Part shown: piece after piece, positions 48,394 through 56,648 of the stretch | How positions within the stretch are numbered: the stretch's first letter is position 1 | How the letters are laid out: every line of letters starts with the position of its first letter | Origin: a virus | DNA: 64,000 bases | Virus record (IMG/VR): IMGVR_UViG_3300025701_000006 | Coordinates: 14,328-78,327 of that record | Strand: one strand, 5' to 3' | Notes under the pieces: generated by a model | Databases searched by the model: none | The model's input: the letters and a program-made list of their open reading frames with translations, nothing else | Told to the model about the DNA's origin: nothing | Translations under genes and position numbers: made by a program

Positions 48394-48666
48394 CTACATC
48401 ATAGATTGCGCTAAGCCTTGAGGGGCTTGCTGCATAGGTTGTGCTGCTTGTTGTTGACCTTGAGCTGCTAGTTGTTGCTCTAGCATATCAATAGCCGCCA
48501 TAATAAGTTCAGGGGGTATGCCTTGCTGGATTAGCTCTTCTGGGTCAACTCCTTGCATAAGCATTGCAATAATCTGTTCGATCATAGCCATCTGTTCTTG
48601 ACCACCACCTTGTGGGGCCATTTGTTGTGCAGGAGCACCTGCCATTTGTTGTGCTAAGCCTTCCAT
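48394..48666 (-). CDS. Gln/Met-rich small protein
   Basis: 90 aa; QGVDPEEL.QQGIPPEL helical hairpin; GLAQ at both ends. Confidence 0.75.
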   Translation of the reverse strand: MEGLAQQMAGAPAQQMAPQGGGQEQMAMIEQIIAMLMQGVDPEELIQQGIPPELIMAAIDMLEQQLAAQGQQQAAQPMQQAPQGLAQSMM

Positions 48667-49139
48667 TATTTGTATCCTTGTAGAGTTCTGTCCGCTTCTT
48701 GAGCTGCCTTGTTTACTTTATCTTGTTCTGCTAAGAGCTCTCTTTCAGCAAATGCAGATAGTTTCGGTGTTTCTTTTGAAGGGGCAAACAGGTTACCTAC
48801 AAGCCCTTTTACTTTATCGTAAATACCAGGGCCAGTATTTTGATTCTTCAAAGATTGTGAGTAGTTTGCAGCAGCCATGTCTGCATCCGTAGCCCCGCCG
48901 TCAGCCATATACCTAGTTTCCTGCAAGAACTCAGCACTATCAATTCCTGTGTAAGGGCTGTAAGGAGTTCTAGCCCTATCACGAAGTAAACTGTCAATAA
49001 CAGCTTGATTGCGCGCTCTTTCTTCTAAAGCAGCTGCGTTAGTTAAAGCTGCTATAGTATCATCTGCCTGCCGGGCTCGAAAAGCTTTTAGCTCTTCTTT
49101 ATCCATAGCATTCTGCTTAGAACGTTCAATATAACTCAT
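48666..49139 (-). CDS. Hypothetical protein downstream of the portal
   Basis: 157 aa, TAATG-coupled on both sides. Confidence 0.7.
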   Translation of the reverse strand: MSYIERSKQNAMDKEELKAFRARQADDTIAALTNAAALEERARNQAVIDSLLRDRARTPYSPYTGIDSAEFLQETRYMADGGATDADMAAANYSQSLKNQNTGPGIYDKVKGLVGNLFAPSKETPKLSAFAERELLAEQDKVNKAAQEADRTLQGYK

Positions 49140-51130
49140 TACATAACTCCAATATTTTTATCGCCAGCTAGTCGCTGAGCCATCATTTGTTCAAGGTTAG
49201 CACGATGCTTAGCCATTTCTGCTTCCATCTTTTGTGCATGCTTAAGGTCTTCAATCTCTACTTTTTCTAGATGTGAAAATCCTTCGTCTTCTTTAATAAA
49301 CCTAAGGTCAGTCATATCAGCTTCACTAGTTAGCTTACGTGCTTTAGCTGCTTCTACTGCTGCTTTGTTACGTTTAAGCTCTGCATCAATAGTATTCTCT
49401 TGAGCACGGGCATTCTTATCAGCAATGTCAGCTTTAAGTTTTTCGTTCTCTAGCACTAAACGCTCTAGTTCTAGCTGCTTAAGCTGTTCTTGTACAGGAT
49501 CTTGCGGTGCCTGGTAATCACGAATACGCTTAGCTTGATCCGGCATACGCATAAGTTCCATAATATCTGCCATAAGAGTACGACGAATTACAGGATCTTC
49601 ATTAGGACCTAAGGTCTGTAACAAAAACGATAACTCTTGCGACTTAGCCGCATTGTCTTCTGCAGTAGAAATAGTAATATCTAGGTCTACTTTACCATCT
49701 AAGTCATCACGACGAATAGGTACAAACTTTTCATTAGTTACACGTACAACTTCTTCGTCTTCTAAAAACTCAGAGTTGTATGACATCCACTTACGTATAA
49801 GCGGCTTAATAAGGTTCTCAGCAACGTTACGTACAATGTTCATGCGTCTGGTAGCAGTAGCGTCTAAAGCGCCTCTAGCACCTGTTGCGGTTGCTCCTAG
49901 TGCGCCTGCATTGATACCACCACTAAAAGATTTAGTACCAGTGATAGATTCAATCTCATTATTCATAAGACCAATCATGTCAAACGCAGAACCAGGAATG
50001 TTATTGTAACTACCTTGCCAAAAGTCACCAGGACTACCGTTAAACTCGAAGTTTTGTCCAGCTAAGAATTTTTTACGGTTAATTTGATCTAGTGCGCCTT
50101 TACGTATAGCAACTTGTCCATTGTTAGACTGTGCCATATTATCGATAATACCACGTACAATAGCTGTCTTAACTTTTTGATTATCACCAATAAGCTCTGC
50201 ATTCGCTTCGCCATGAATCTTAAAGGGTACACTATTAAAAGGTACTACGATAAAGGGAGCTTTACCATCTGGATAAGGGTTTGATTGAAGACGTATAATT
50301 ACATCGTTAACCCAAGCACATACGATAGGTTCTGCAATGCCATCATTATTGACATCGTAGTTACCCCAGTACTCATACACAACTAGCTTCTTACGAGGCT
50401 CATCAGAAAACTTAAACTCTGTTTCGTCAGGTGGATCGTAGTCAAAATCTTCACGGTGGAAACGTGCTACTTTATCTAGGTTTTTGTAACGACCATCTTT
50501 CTTTAAAGAAGATAGGTCTGTCTCATAACGATAAATAACAAACTGTGCGTTGTCTAGATTATCTTGGCATGTAGGATCAATATATATATCTTCATTACGA
50601 CATACTTTTGCGGTAGGTTGGTTTTTCTTTACTATAGTCTCAGTAACTTCCTGCTCTACTATAATCTCTCTACCAGTTTCTTCGTCTATAACTACCATTT
50701 CTGCCATAGTAGTTACTTCTTCGTCTTCATAGTCCCAGCCTGTTTGTACAACTAGGGTGCCTTCACGGTCTAGCACTTTAACTGCTTTAGACATAAAATT
50801 AAAACGGTCAAACTTACGACAAAATTGCGTATTAAGAAGTAATTCGTTCTGACGAGCAGACTCTTCATCTTCCCAGGTAATTGGAACACATTTAATTACG
50901 TCTGAAGTACTAACAAACGGGTCTACGATAGTAGCATGTTGCCATTCAGACTGCTTTTTAATATCTCTAGATACAATAGCAGACTTACCCTTTTTTTCGT
51001 TACCGTAAGGGTCGCCATTGTACTCGGCCTTCCATTTAGACATAATAGCATCTTGATCTCTTTTAAGTAGATCAGCTGCTTTTAAATCTGCTTTTAAGGC
51101 ACTAAGCAATTCAGCTTTTTTAATATTCAT
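49139..51130 (-). CDS. Portal protein (N4 gp59 family)
   Basis: GKS.IVSRDIKKQ.EW, IYIDPTC, VYEYWG.YD..DGI..PIV, NPYPD.K.PF, C-terminal coiled coil. Confidence 0.92.
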   Translation of the reverse strand: MNIKKAELLSALKADLKAADLLKRDQDAIMSKWKAEYNGDPYGNEKKGKSAIVSRDIKKQSEWQHATIVDPFVSTSDVIKCVPITWEDEESARQNELLLNTQFCRKFDRFNFMSKAVKVLDREGTLVVQTGWDYEDEEVTTMAEMVVIDEETGREIIVEQEVTETIVKKNQPTAKVCRNEDIYIDPTCQDNLDNAQFVIYRYETDLSSLKKDGRYKNLDKVARFHREDFDYDPPDETEFKFSDEPRKKLVVYEYWGNYDVNNDGIAEPIVCAWVNDVIIRLQSNPYPDGKAPFIVVPFNSVPFKIHGEANAELIGDNQKVKTAIVRGIIDNMAQSNNGQVAIRKGALDQINRKKFLAGQNFEFNGSPGDFWQGSYNNIPGSAFDMIGLMNNEIESITGTKSFSGGINAGALGATATGARGALDATATRRMNIVRNVAENLIKPLIRKWMSYNSEFLEDEEVVRVTNEKFVPIRRDDLDGKVDLDITISTAEDNAAKSQELSFLLQTLGPNEDPVIRRTLMADIMELMRMPDQAKRIRDYQAPQDPVQEQLKQLELERLVLENEKLKADIADKNARAQENTIDAELKRNKAAVEAAKARKLTSEADMTDLRFIKEDEGFSHLEKVEIEDLKHAQKMEAEMAKHRANLEQMMAQRLAGDKNIGVM

Positions 51131-51163
51131 GAGTTCCTTCAATATTTATCTGGACAATGTAGT

Positions 51164-51191
51164 ACTATACCAAAGAACTAGCCTTTAGCAA
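51164..51191 (-). promoter_or_regulatory. Sigma70-type promoter for the portal gene
   Basis: TTGCTA-16 nt-TATAGT with an extended TG. Confidence 0.5.
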
Positions 51192-51504
51192 GCCACCAAA
51201 GAAAAGACCCAGCACCTGCTATTAGTGCAGCCCAAAATATTTCTATTTTACTAATCACATAAGTATTTTGTGCTTGCGCTTTTTCTAGTACCAAGTGCTT
51301 TTTCTCTAGCATTTGAATGTGTTGTTCATGTTTGTCAATCTTATTGACTAATGTACTCACATCTTTTCTTACACCTAACATTTCAAAACGCATATCACTA
51401 AGTTTAGTTATGGCATCAGCCATAGAGACCATAGAATCAGACATTGCCTCCATCTTAACCTCTAATTTTATAACTGCATCTCTGATTTGCTGCTGTTCAT
51501 TCAT
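51178..51504 (-). CDS. Coiled-coil protein with C-terminal transmembrane helix (XhlA-like architecture)
   Basis: Heptad-rich body, then IFWAALIAGAGSFLWWL. Confidence 0.65.
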   Translation of the reverse strand: MNEQQQIRDAVIKLEVKMEAMSDSMVSMADAITKLSDMRFEMLGVRKDVSTLVNKIDKHEQHIQMLEKKHLVLEKAQAQNTYVISKIEIFWAALIAGAGSFLWWLAKG

Positions 51505-51565
51505 AGGGAAACCTTCGGATAATTTTTAAACAGCACTAACATGCCTTTTATGTACAATTACTTGT

Positions 51566-51574
51566 ATTATATCA
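51566..51574 (-). promoter_or_regulatory. Extended -10 promoter
   Basis: TGATATAAT in an AT-rich gap. Confidence 0.5.
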
Positions 51575-51597
51575 TAAATAATTTTTGTTGTTTACTT

Positions 51598-52104
51598 TTA
51601 GTTTGCTAGTGGATTATCTAGTGCTCTTTGTAGCTTTTCTGTTACTCGTTGCTCTAGTTCTTTTAGCTCTCTATCATTACTATCTCGCAGCCTCTGTAAC
51701 TGGCTGTCATAATTTGCTTGTAGCTGGTTACGCTTATTTTCAAAACGTTCGTTTGCTTTATCAATCATCTTACGTACATCTTCTTCTGTCTCGCGTACCA
51801 TATCTTCAACTCTATCTGCTTGTTTCTCGATAGAAATTATATCATCCCGTAGACCAGACTTGATGTCTCGTGTGTATTCTATTGCTTCATCTAGTTTGGT
51901 TATCACTAGAGTATTCTGTGCTTTGATTTCATCCACATCAATATTCTGGACTATCTCCTTCATGTCCATGTAGTCAGCGTAGAATTCAAACGCACCCCAT
52001 GATGCACCGCCTAGGGTAGAAAGGGCTGTAAGAAAAGCAAACGCTTTCCCACCAGTAAAGGACATTCCGCCAAACTCAATAGTAGTTTTCTCTTCTTCAG
52101 CCAT
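51598..52104 (-). CDS. Membrane-anchored coiled-coil protein
   Basis: N-terminal hydrophobic segment AFAFLTALSTLGGASWGAF followed by a long coiled coil. Confidence 0.7.
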   Translation of the reverse strand: MAEEEKTTIEFGGMSFTGGKAFAFLTALSTLGGASWGAFEFYADYMDMKEIVQNIDVDEIKAQNTLVITKLDEAIEYTRDIKSGLRDDIISIEKQADRVEDMVRETEEDVRKMIDKANERFENKRNQLQANYDSQLQRLRDSNDRELKELEQRVTEKLQRALDNPLAN

Positions 52105-52112
52105 AGTATTTC

Positions 52113-52451
52113 CTATTTAGTTCTGCCTTTTAAAGCGTCTGCACCAAAAAACGCAGATACTAATACAGCAATAGAAGCAAAATACGTAGGAGCAATATCT
52201 GCAATAAGCTCTGCGGCTTTGTCTAGGCCTAGTAAAGATGTAATAGCTATACCGATTGGGTAAACTAGTAACCCTATTAAAGAGAACCATGCCATTTTAC
52301 GAATAGCATCTCTTTGTGCATCATTATCCTCAAGTTCTTTACGTTTAAACTCTAAATGCATATCCATTTCTTCTTTAGAAACGTGACCATCACCATTAAC
52401 ATCAGCGCCGTGTACTGCAGCAGAATCAATAGTTAGTTTGTTATCTTCCAT
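52113..52451 (-). CDS. Holin-like two-TM protein with an EF-hand loop
   Basis: DVNGDGHVSKEE, then two hydrophobic helices ending AFFG. Confidence 0.6.
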   Translation of the reverse strand: MEDNKLTIDSAAVHGADVNGDGHVSKEEMDMHLEFKRKELEDNDAQRDAIRKMAWFSLIGLLVYPIGIAITSLLGLDKAAELIADIAPTYFASIAVLVSAFFGADALKGRTK

Positions 52452-52459
52452 TATTACCT

Positions 52460-52867
52460 CTAGTTTACAAAGTTGTTTTGTGAGTTCATACGCTTAAGCG
52501 CATCTAGTTCTTGCTGTAGTTTTAGTACTTCAAGTCGTTTTATACGAAGTTCTAACTGGTACAAAGAGTTACAGTTAATTCGTTCTTTAGGCTTGTCCAG
52601 GGGGATAATAATCCTAGCGTAAACACCCACGTCTTTTGCACTACCTATGTCAGAGTTGCTTCCTAGTACAGAAGCGTTATTTATTATACCAGTAACCCCA
52701 AATTCTAACTGTGTAGCACCCCCAATAGCATTTTTACAGTCTAGGTTTCCTGCTCTAATACTATCTTGTCCGTACGTGCTAGGGCTGGACGGTAGTGCAA
52801 GATTTAATGAACTAGAGTCTGCCATTGCTGATCCACAAACAAATAAAAATAGTATTAGTTTTTTCAT
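52460..52867 (-). CDS. Secreted protein: Cys-flanked amphipathic beta-hairpin plus coiled coil
   Basis: Signal peptide (AMA|D); DC..QLEFGVTGI..DVGVYARIIIPL..NC; Leu heptads. Confidence 0.7.
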   Translation of the reverse strand: MKKLILFLFVCGSAMADSSSLNLALPSSPSTYGQDSIRAGNLDCKNAIGGATQLEFGVTGIINNASVLGSNSDIGSAKDVGVYARIIIPLDKPKERINCNSLYQLELRIKRLEVLKLQQELDALKRMNSQNNFVN

Positions 52868-52868
52868 G

Positions 52869-53255
52869 CTATTTAGCCTTAGAACAAATACGAGAAGATA
52901 CTGCAGTCAGTCTCTTAACGCTTTTTCTTAGTTTAGATTTAGAGCATATGTAAACAACTTTGTTGACTGTATCGGCCTTAAAGTACACATCTATGTTTAC
53001 TTTAGTTAGATAATCTATCTTTACTATCTTATACAAAGAAGTAAAAGGTACAGAATTAAATTCTGCATCAAAAACACCTATTTCGTAATACTGTACATCT
53101 TCCCTTCTGTTATACACAGTCACCTTAGTCTTATAGATAGTATCTATATGAGAAGGCTTTGCTTTAAAATAAGTAGGGGTCATCTCATGGGCCAAAGAGT
53201 TTGTAAAAAACCCTAAGCCCATAATAAAAATAATACCAGTTATTAGCCTAGACAT
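52869..53255 (-). CDS. Secreted single-Ig-domain protein resembling a pilus chaperone N-domain
   Basis: Signal peptide (SLA|H); MTPTY..VTVYN..YYEI.V..PF..IVKI..IDVY; two C-terminal Cys. Confidence 0.5.
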   Translation of the reverse strand: MSRLITGIIFIMGLGFFTNSLAHEMTPTYFKAKPSHIDTIYKTKVTVYNRREDVQYYEIGVFDAEFNSVPFTSLYKIVKIDYLTKVNIDVYFKADTVNKVVYICSKSKLRKSVKRLTAVSSRICSKAK

Positions 53256-53758
53256 TACTTAGCAATACATTCTGCTAAAACTAAAGCAGTATAATCCCCA
53301 CCTGGGAATGCTTTATCCCCACCTAGGGTTACTTTAGAAGATGTCTCAAACCAAGTAGATCCAGTAGCTAGTAAGTCGTAACGGTCTAGCATCCCTAGTT
53401 CCAGTTTACTTGACTCATACTGCCCCATACCTGTAGCATCTGATACCGTTTTTACAGTAGTATTGCCTTGCCATGTAAGCACATCGTCAATAATAGGACT
53501 AGTAGAAAACTCTTGAGGTGCAGTAATTTCTGCGTAGTAAGAATCTGCTAATGACACATCGTAACGTATAACCACAGGATCTCCACCATCAGAAGCATCA
53601 GTAGATAACGTATAGGCGTTTGGATTGCCATATGTACCTGCTGTGTCTGTTTGAATAATACAACGAGACTCAACAAAACCATGAATAGGTGCTGTTTCCC
53701 CTAAAACATTCATACTAGCTATAATACCTAGTGCTGTAAAACCTAACTTTTTAAACAT
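53255..53758 (-). CDS. Secreted chaperone-usher-pilin-like protein
   Basis: Signal peptide; N-terminal PIHGFVESRC; C-terminal PGGDYTALVLAEC. Confidence 0.55.
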   Translation of the reverse strand: MFKKLGFTALGIIASMNVLGETAPIHGFVESRCIIQTDTAGTYGNPNAYTLSTDASDGGDPVVIRYDVSLADSYYAEITAPQEFSTSPIIDDVLTWQGNTTVKTVSDATGMGQYESSKLELGMLDRYDLLATGSTWFETSSKVTLGGDKAFPGGDYTALVLAECIAK

Positions 53759-53775
53759 GTGGTGCTCCTATAGGA

Positions 53776-54684
53776 CTAGTTGCCGTATTGCATACTAATC
53801 ATTTTTTCGTGTAATACCTGCTGCGCTAAACCGTTTCTAAGGCCTTTATAACTATCAGGTAGTTGTTTGTCATTAATAGACACTTCTTCTTTATAAACGC
53901 CACCAGGTATAGACACACCGTAGTAAGTACCTATACCAGTAGCAGAATTAACAGACTCTAATACTTGAGATTGTGCAAAAGCGTTAGTAAATAACAGATT
54001 TGTACCTACAACAGATAAGGCTTTTTCTAACCGCTCTCTACTATCTAGGTCCTCATCTGATTCCCTTCTCTCTTTATCTTCTTTTGTCTCTAGATCATCA
54101 TCTTCATATACCGTATCATCAGGATTGTACTGGCTATTGTCTACATCCTCACCCGCATCGTAGACGTCATAACTAACTTGTACAACTTCTGGTACAGGTT
54201 GTTTGTATCCTGGACAGTTAGGGTCGTACTGCGGGTTATAGCAAGGATCTACCTTATAGGTATAAATCACATTAGCATTTTCTACTAACCCGTTTCCGTT
54301 TACCTCAATAGATCCTTTACCCCATAACTCTTTAGGCAAGTTACCTACAGGAACTGCTTTGCTAATCTGTGTGTTGTCTAGAGAGCCCGGTAACCAACTA
54401 TCAACCTCTCTGAACACATATCCTTGACCTAATGCATTTTCGTTCTGTACAGCGACGTCTACACGGTCTTCTGTAGCCTTACGAATGTTATAAGAGTAAA
54501 TAACGTTCTGTACTGTAAGTCCTGGAGGGCTAGGGAATACATTTCCCATAGTCCACTGTAAACTACTGTCCGCTACAGCGTTACCTGTAGAGCCATAGTA
54601 TGGCGTTATAGAATTAGAGTAAGAGTAGCAAGGCAGCAAGAGCACCAACGCTAATAGCACCTTTTTCTGTTTTACTAAGTTCAT
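53776..54684 (-). CDS. Secreted beta-domain protein with Cys motif and acidic linker
   Basis: Signal peptide (SYS|N); DPCYNPQYDPNCPGY; Asp/Glu-rich linker. Confidence 0.7.
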   Translation of the reverse strand: MNLVKQKKVLLALVLLLPCYSYSNSITPYYGSTGNAVADSSLQWTMGNVFPSPPGLTVQNVIYSYNIRKATEDRVDVAVQNENALGQGYVFREVDSWLPGSLDNTQISKAVPVGNLPKELWGKGSIEVNGNGLVENANVIYTYKVDPCYNPQYDPNCPGYKQPVPEVVQVSYDVYDAGEDVDNSQYNPDDTVYEDDDLETKEDKERRESDEDLDSRERLEKALSVVGTNLLFTNAFAQSQVLESVNSATGIGTYYGVSIPGGVYKEEVSINDKQLPDSYKGLRNGLAQQVLHEKMISMQYGN

Positions 54685-55168
54685 CAGACTTCTTTAACTC
54701 TTCTTTGGTTTGTTCTACGTGAGTTTCCCAAGCTAGTTGTGCTTCAGGTCCTATCATACCCATGTAAGGACAAGGAGTTCCAGCATGCATCATAGCATCA
54801 AAAACTTTTGTATCTTGGCACATTACTGATACTGCAGCTACTTTCATGCCCATGTCGTATAACGTCTTGGCGTTTTTAAGCCTCACACAGTTATCTTCTG
54901 TAAATGTAGTACCTGCACTAATACCTAGTATTTGTGTCTGTACTGCGCCTGCTACACCGATAGTGCACAAGTCACTATTAGAATTGCTACCTATCTGAGG
55001 GGCAATAGCAGAGGGAGGTGGCTGCTTGATAGTAGTAGTCATCTGCCCCTGCGTAGTAATAGTACTGTCATTCTTAGAATCTGTACGGATAACATCCGTA
55101 TCTTCTTGTGCTAGTACTGTACTGCTAAACACTGTTAGTAGAACTAGGGTGGTAATACGTGCCCACAT
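54614..55168 (-). CDS. Secreted four-Cys protein with beta-hairpin and C-terminal hydrophobic tail
   Basis: Signal peptide (VLA|Q); PPPSAIAP..C.IGVAGAVQTQILGISAG..C; ends GALAALLLLL. Confidence 0.7.
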   Translation of the reverse strand: MWARITTLVLLTVFSSTVLAQEDTDVIRTDSKNDSTITTQGQMTTTIKQPPPSAIAPQIGSNSNSDLCTIGVAGAVQTQILGISAGTTFTEDNCVRLKNAKTLYDMGMKVAAVSVMCQDTKVFDAMMHAGTPCPYMGMIGPEAQLAWETHVEQTKEELKKSDELSKTEKGAISVGALAALLLLL

Positions 55169-55183
55169 GCTGCTCTCCTTAGA

Positions 55184-55627
55184 CTAGATATTTTCTAGCC
55201 TAGTCATTAATCGTTCCGCACGGTTACCTACTTGACGGTACCAGATACTATCTCTGCCTTCTGGAGCTGCTTCTGCGTATTTACCAGCCACTAGTTTAGC
55301 ATTAAAGTTTTTAAACTTGCTTAAGCGAGGACGTCCAAGATTGAAGAGCATGTTGACCAAGATCTCTTGTACTTCTCCAGGAAAAACTTCCCATGCTTCT
55401 TTGTATAGCACAGAGCATTCACTGATGGCGGTTTGTAAGTCTTTTTCAAAGCATTCACGTACTCGCTCTTCACTGACTGGTGTCCCGACTGGTTCTCCGT
55501 GCTCAGGATCCGATTCAAGTACCAAATGCCCGACTCCGAAAGTTGCATATCCAAGATGGTCTTCGTAGATCTCATATACTACACCTTCATCAATCTTTAA
55601 CTGCTCGTACACTGCTTGTTTGTTCAT
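55184..55627 (-). CDS. Endolysin, T4-type lysozyme (GH24)
   Basis: Catalytic E-x8-D-x5-T (DEGVVYEIYEDHLGYATFGVGH); NMLFNLG; S.WY.QV.NRA.RL. Confidence 0.93.
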   Translation of the reverse strand: MNKQAVYEQLKIDEGVVYEIYEDHLGYATFGVGHLVLESDPEHGEPVGTPVSEERVRECFEKDLQTAISECSVLYKEAWEVFPGEVQEILVNMLFNLGRPRLSKFKNFNAKLVAGKYAEAAPEGRDSIWYRQVGNRAERLMTRLENI

Positions 55628-55982
55628 TGGTTGTTACCTTTCTGTAGTAAATAACTACTTGTTGTACTTCACGGATATAACGTTTAATTTCTTGCATGTT
55701 ATATGACATAAGCTCGTAATCAGGAACAGACATAGCAAAAAATACTACCTGTCCTTCTTTCTTTTCTAAATCTTTTATAAACGTATCTAGGTTTTTATTA
55801 GACACTACATACCAGTGCGGATCTTTTAAATCAATCGCTCTTGGCATTATTGGTTGTACTATCTTCCTTTCCACCGGCTTTGTTACTATCTGTACCTCCA
55901 CCGGCTTCTTTGGCATCAAGCTGCAACCCGTCATCAAGAGAGTCAATAGTACGGCTATCATCTTCAATACTGTCGAAAACAT
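55590..55982 (-). CDS. o-spanin (Rz1-like lipoprotein); start may be ATG 55961
   Basis: Lipobox LMTG|C, Pro-rich segment, overlaps the 3' end of the i-spanin gene. Confidence 0.8.
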   Translation of the reverse strand: MFSTVLKMIAVLLTLLMTGCSLMPKKPVEVQIVTKPVERKIVQPIMPRAIDLKDPHWYVVSNKNLDTFIKDLEKKEGQVVFFAMSVPDYELMSYNMQEIKRYIREVQQVVIYYRKVTTNEQTSSVRAVKD

Positions 55983-56307
55983 TTTTAGTTCCTTTGTTAG
56001 CTCTTGTTTCTATTAAACTAGGCTTTGCAGCAGCTAGTTTAGTTAAGTTATGACGTTTAAAGATATCTAGGTACCTATTCATGTCTTCTTGTATCTCTTG
56101 GTTTCTTACCTGTAACTCGACTAGGCCCTGGGTCTGTAAATCAAAGTCGTTCTGCAATGACGTTATAGCGGCTTCTTGTTCAGTAAACTTAAGTCCATAC
56201 GCCTGATTTAACGCTGTAAGCTCTTTAATTTCCGCTTGGGTACTTGTATAATAAAAATAGCCTGCTACACTTCCTGCAAGTATTATCCCAGCTAGTAGTT
56301 GGTTCAT
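55831..56307 (-). CDS. i-spanin (Rz-like)
   Basis: N-terminal TM helix plus coiled coil; KPSLIE.R.NKGT. Confidence 0.8.
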   Translation of the reverse strand: MNQLLAGIILAGSVAGYFYYTSTQAEIKELTALNQAYGLKFTEQEAAITSLQNDFDLQTQGLVELQVRNQEIQEDMNRYLDIFKRHNLTKLAAAKPSLIETRANKGTKNVFDSIEDDSRTIDSLDDGLQLDAKEAGGGTDSNKAGGKEDSTTNNAKSD

Positions 56308-56334
56308 AAAAACTCTCGAATGTTTAATTAGTAC

Positions 56335-56380
56335 TTGACCATAATGCTACTATTATATACAATTATTCTTATAATTTAAA
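56335..56380. promoter_or_regulatory. Overlapping divergent sigma70-type promoters
   Basis: + strand TTGACC-17-TACAAT (56335-56363); - strand TTTAAA-17-TATAAT (56380-56352). Confidence 0.6.
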
Positions 56381-56407
56381 CCCCCTTAACTTCAAGGAAC
56401 CATATAT

Positions 56408-56632
56408 ATGGAAAACCAAGAAAAAGCAACAATCACTTTAGACGACAAAACTTACACAGTTGAAGACCTTTCCCAAGCAGCACAATACTGCTTAGGCCAG
56501 ATTCAAGACCTACAACAGCAGGGCCAAATTGCTCGTGCACGAGTAGATCAACTAGGTATGGCAGAACAAGGTTTTATGCAGGCTCTTAAAGAAGAGATTG
56601 CAAAAAGTGAAGAAAAAGTTTTAGAAGATTAA
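56408..56632 (+). CDS. Small coiled-coil protein; the only credible + strand gene in the virion region
   Basis: AAGGA RBS, own promoter and terminator; ITLDDKTY..EDLS..AQ N-terminus. Confidence 0.8.
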   Translation: MENQEKATITLDDKTYTVEDLSQAAQYCLGQIQDLQQQGQIARARVDQLGMAEQGFMQALKEEIAKSEEKVLED

Positions 56633-56648
56633 TTCTTTTTTGTCTAAT

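Noticed and set aside
53815-53832. GLAQQV near the end of the 302-aa secreted protein as another GLA tag
   Set aside because: Outside the cluster and in a signal-peptide protein that could not be capsid cargo; treated as coincidence.
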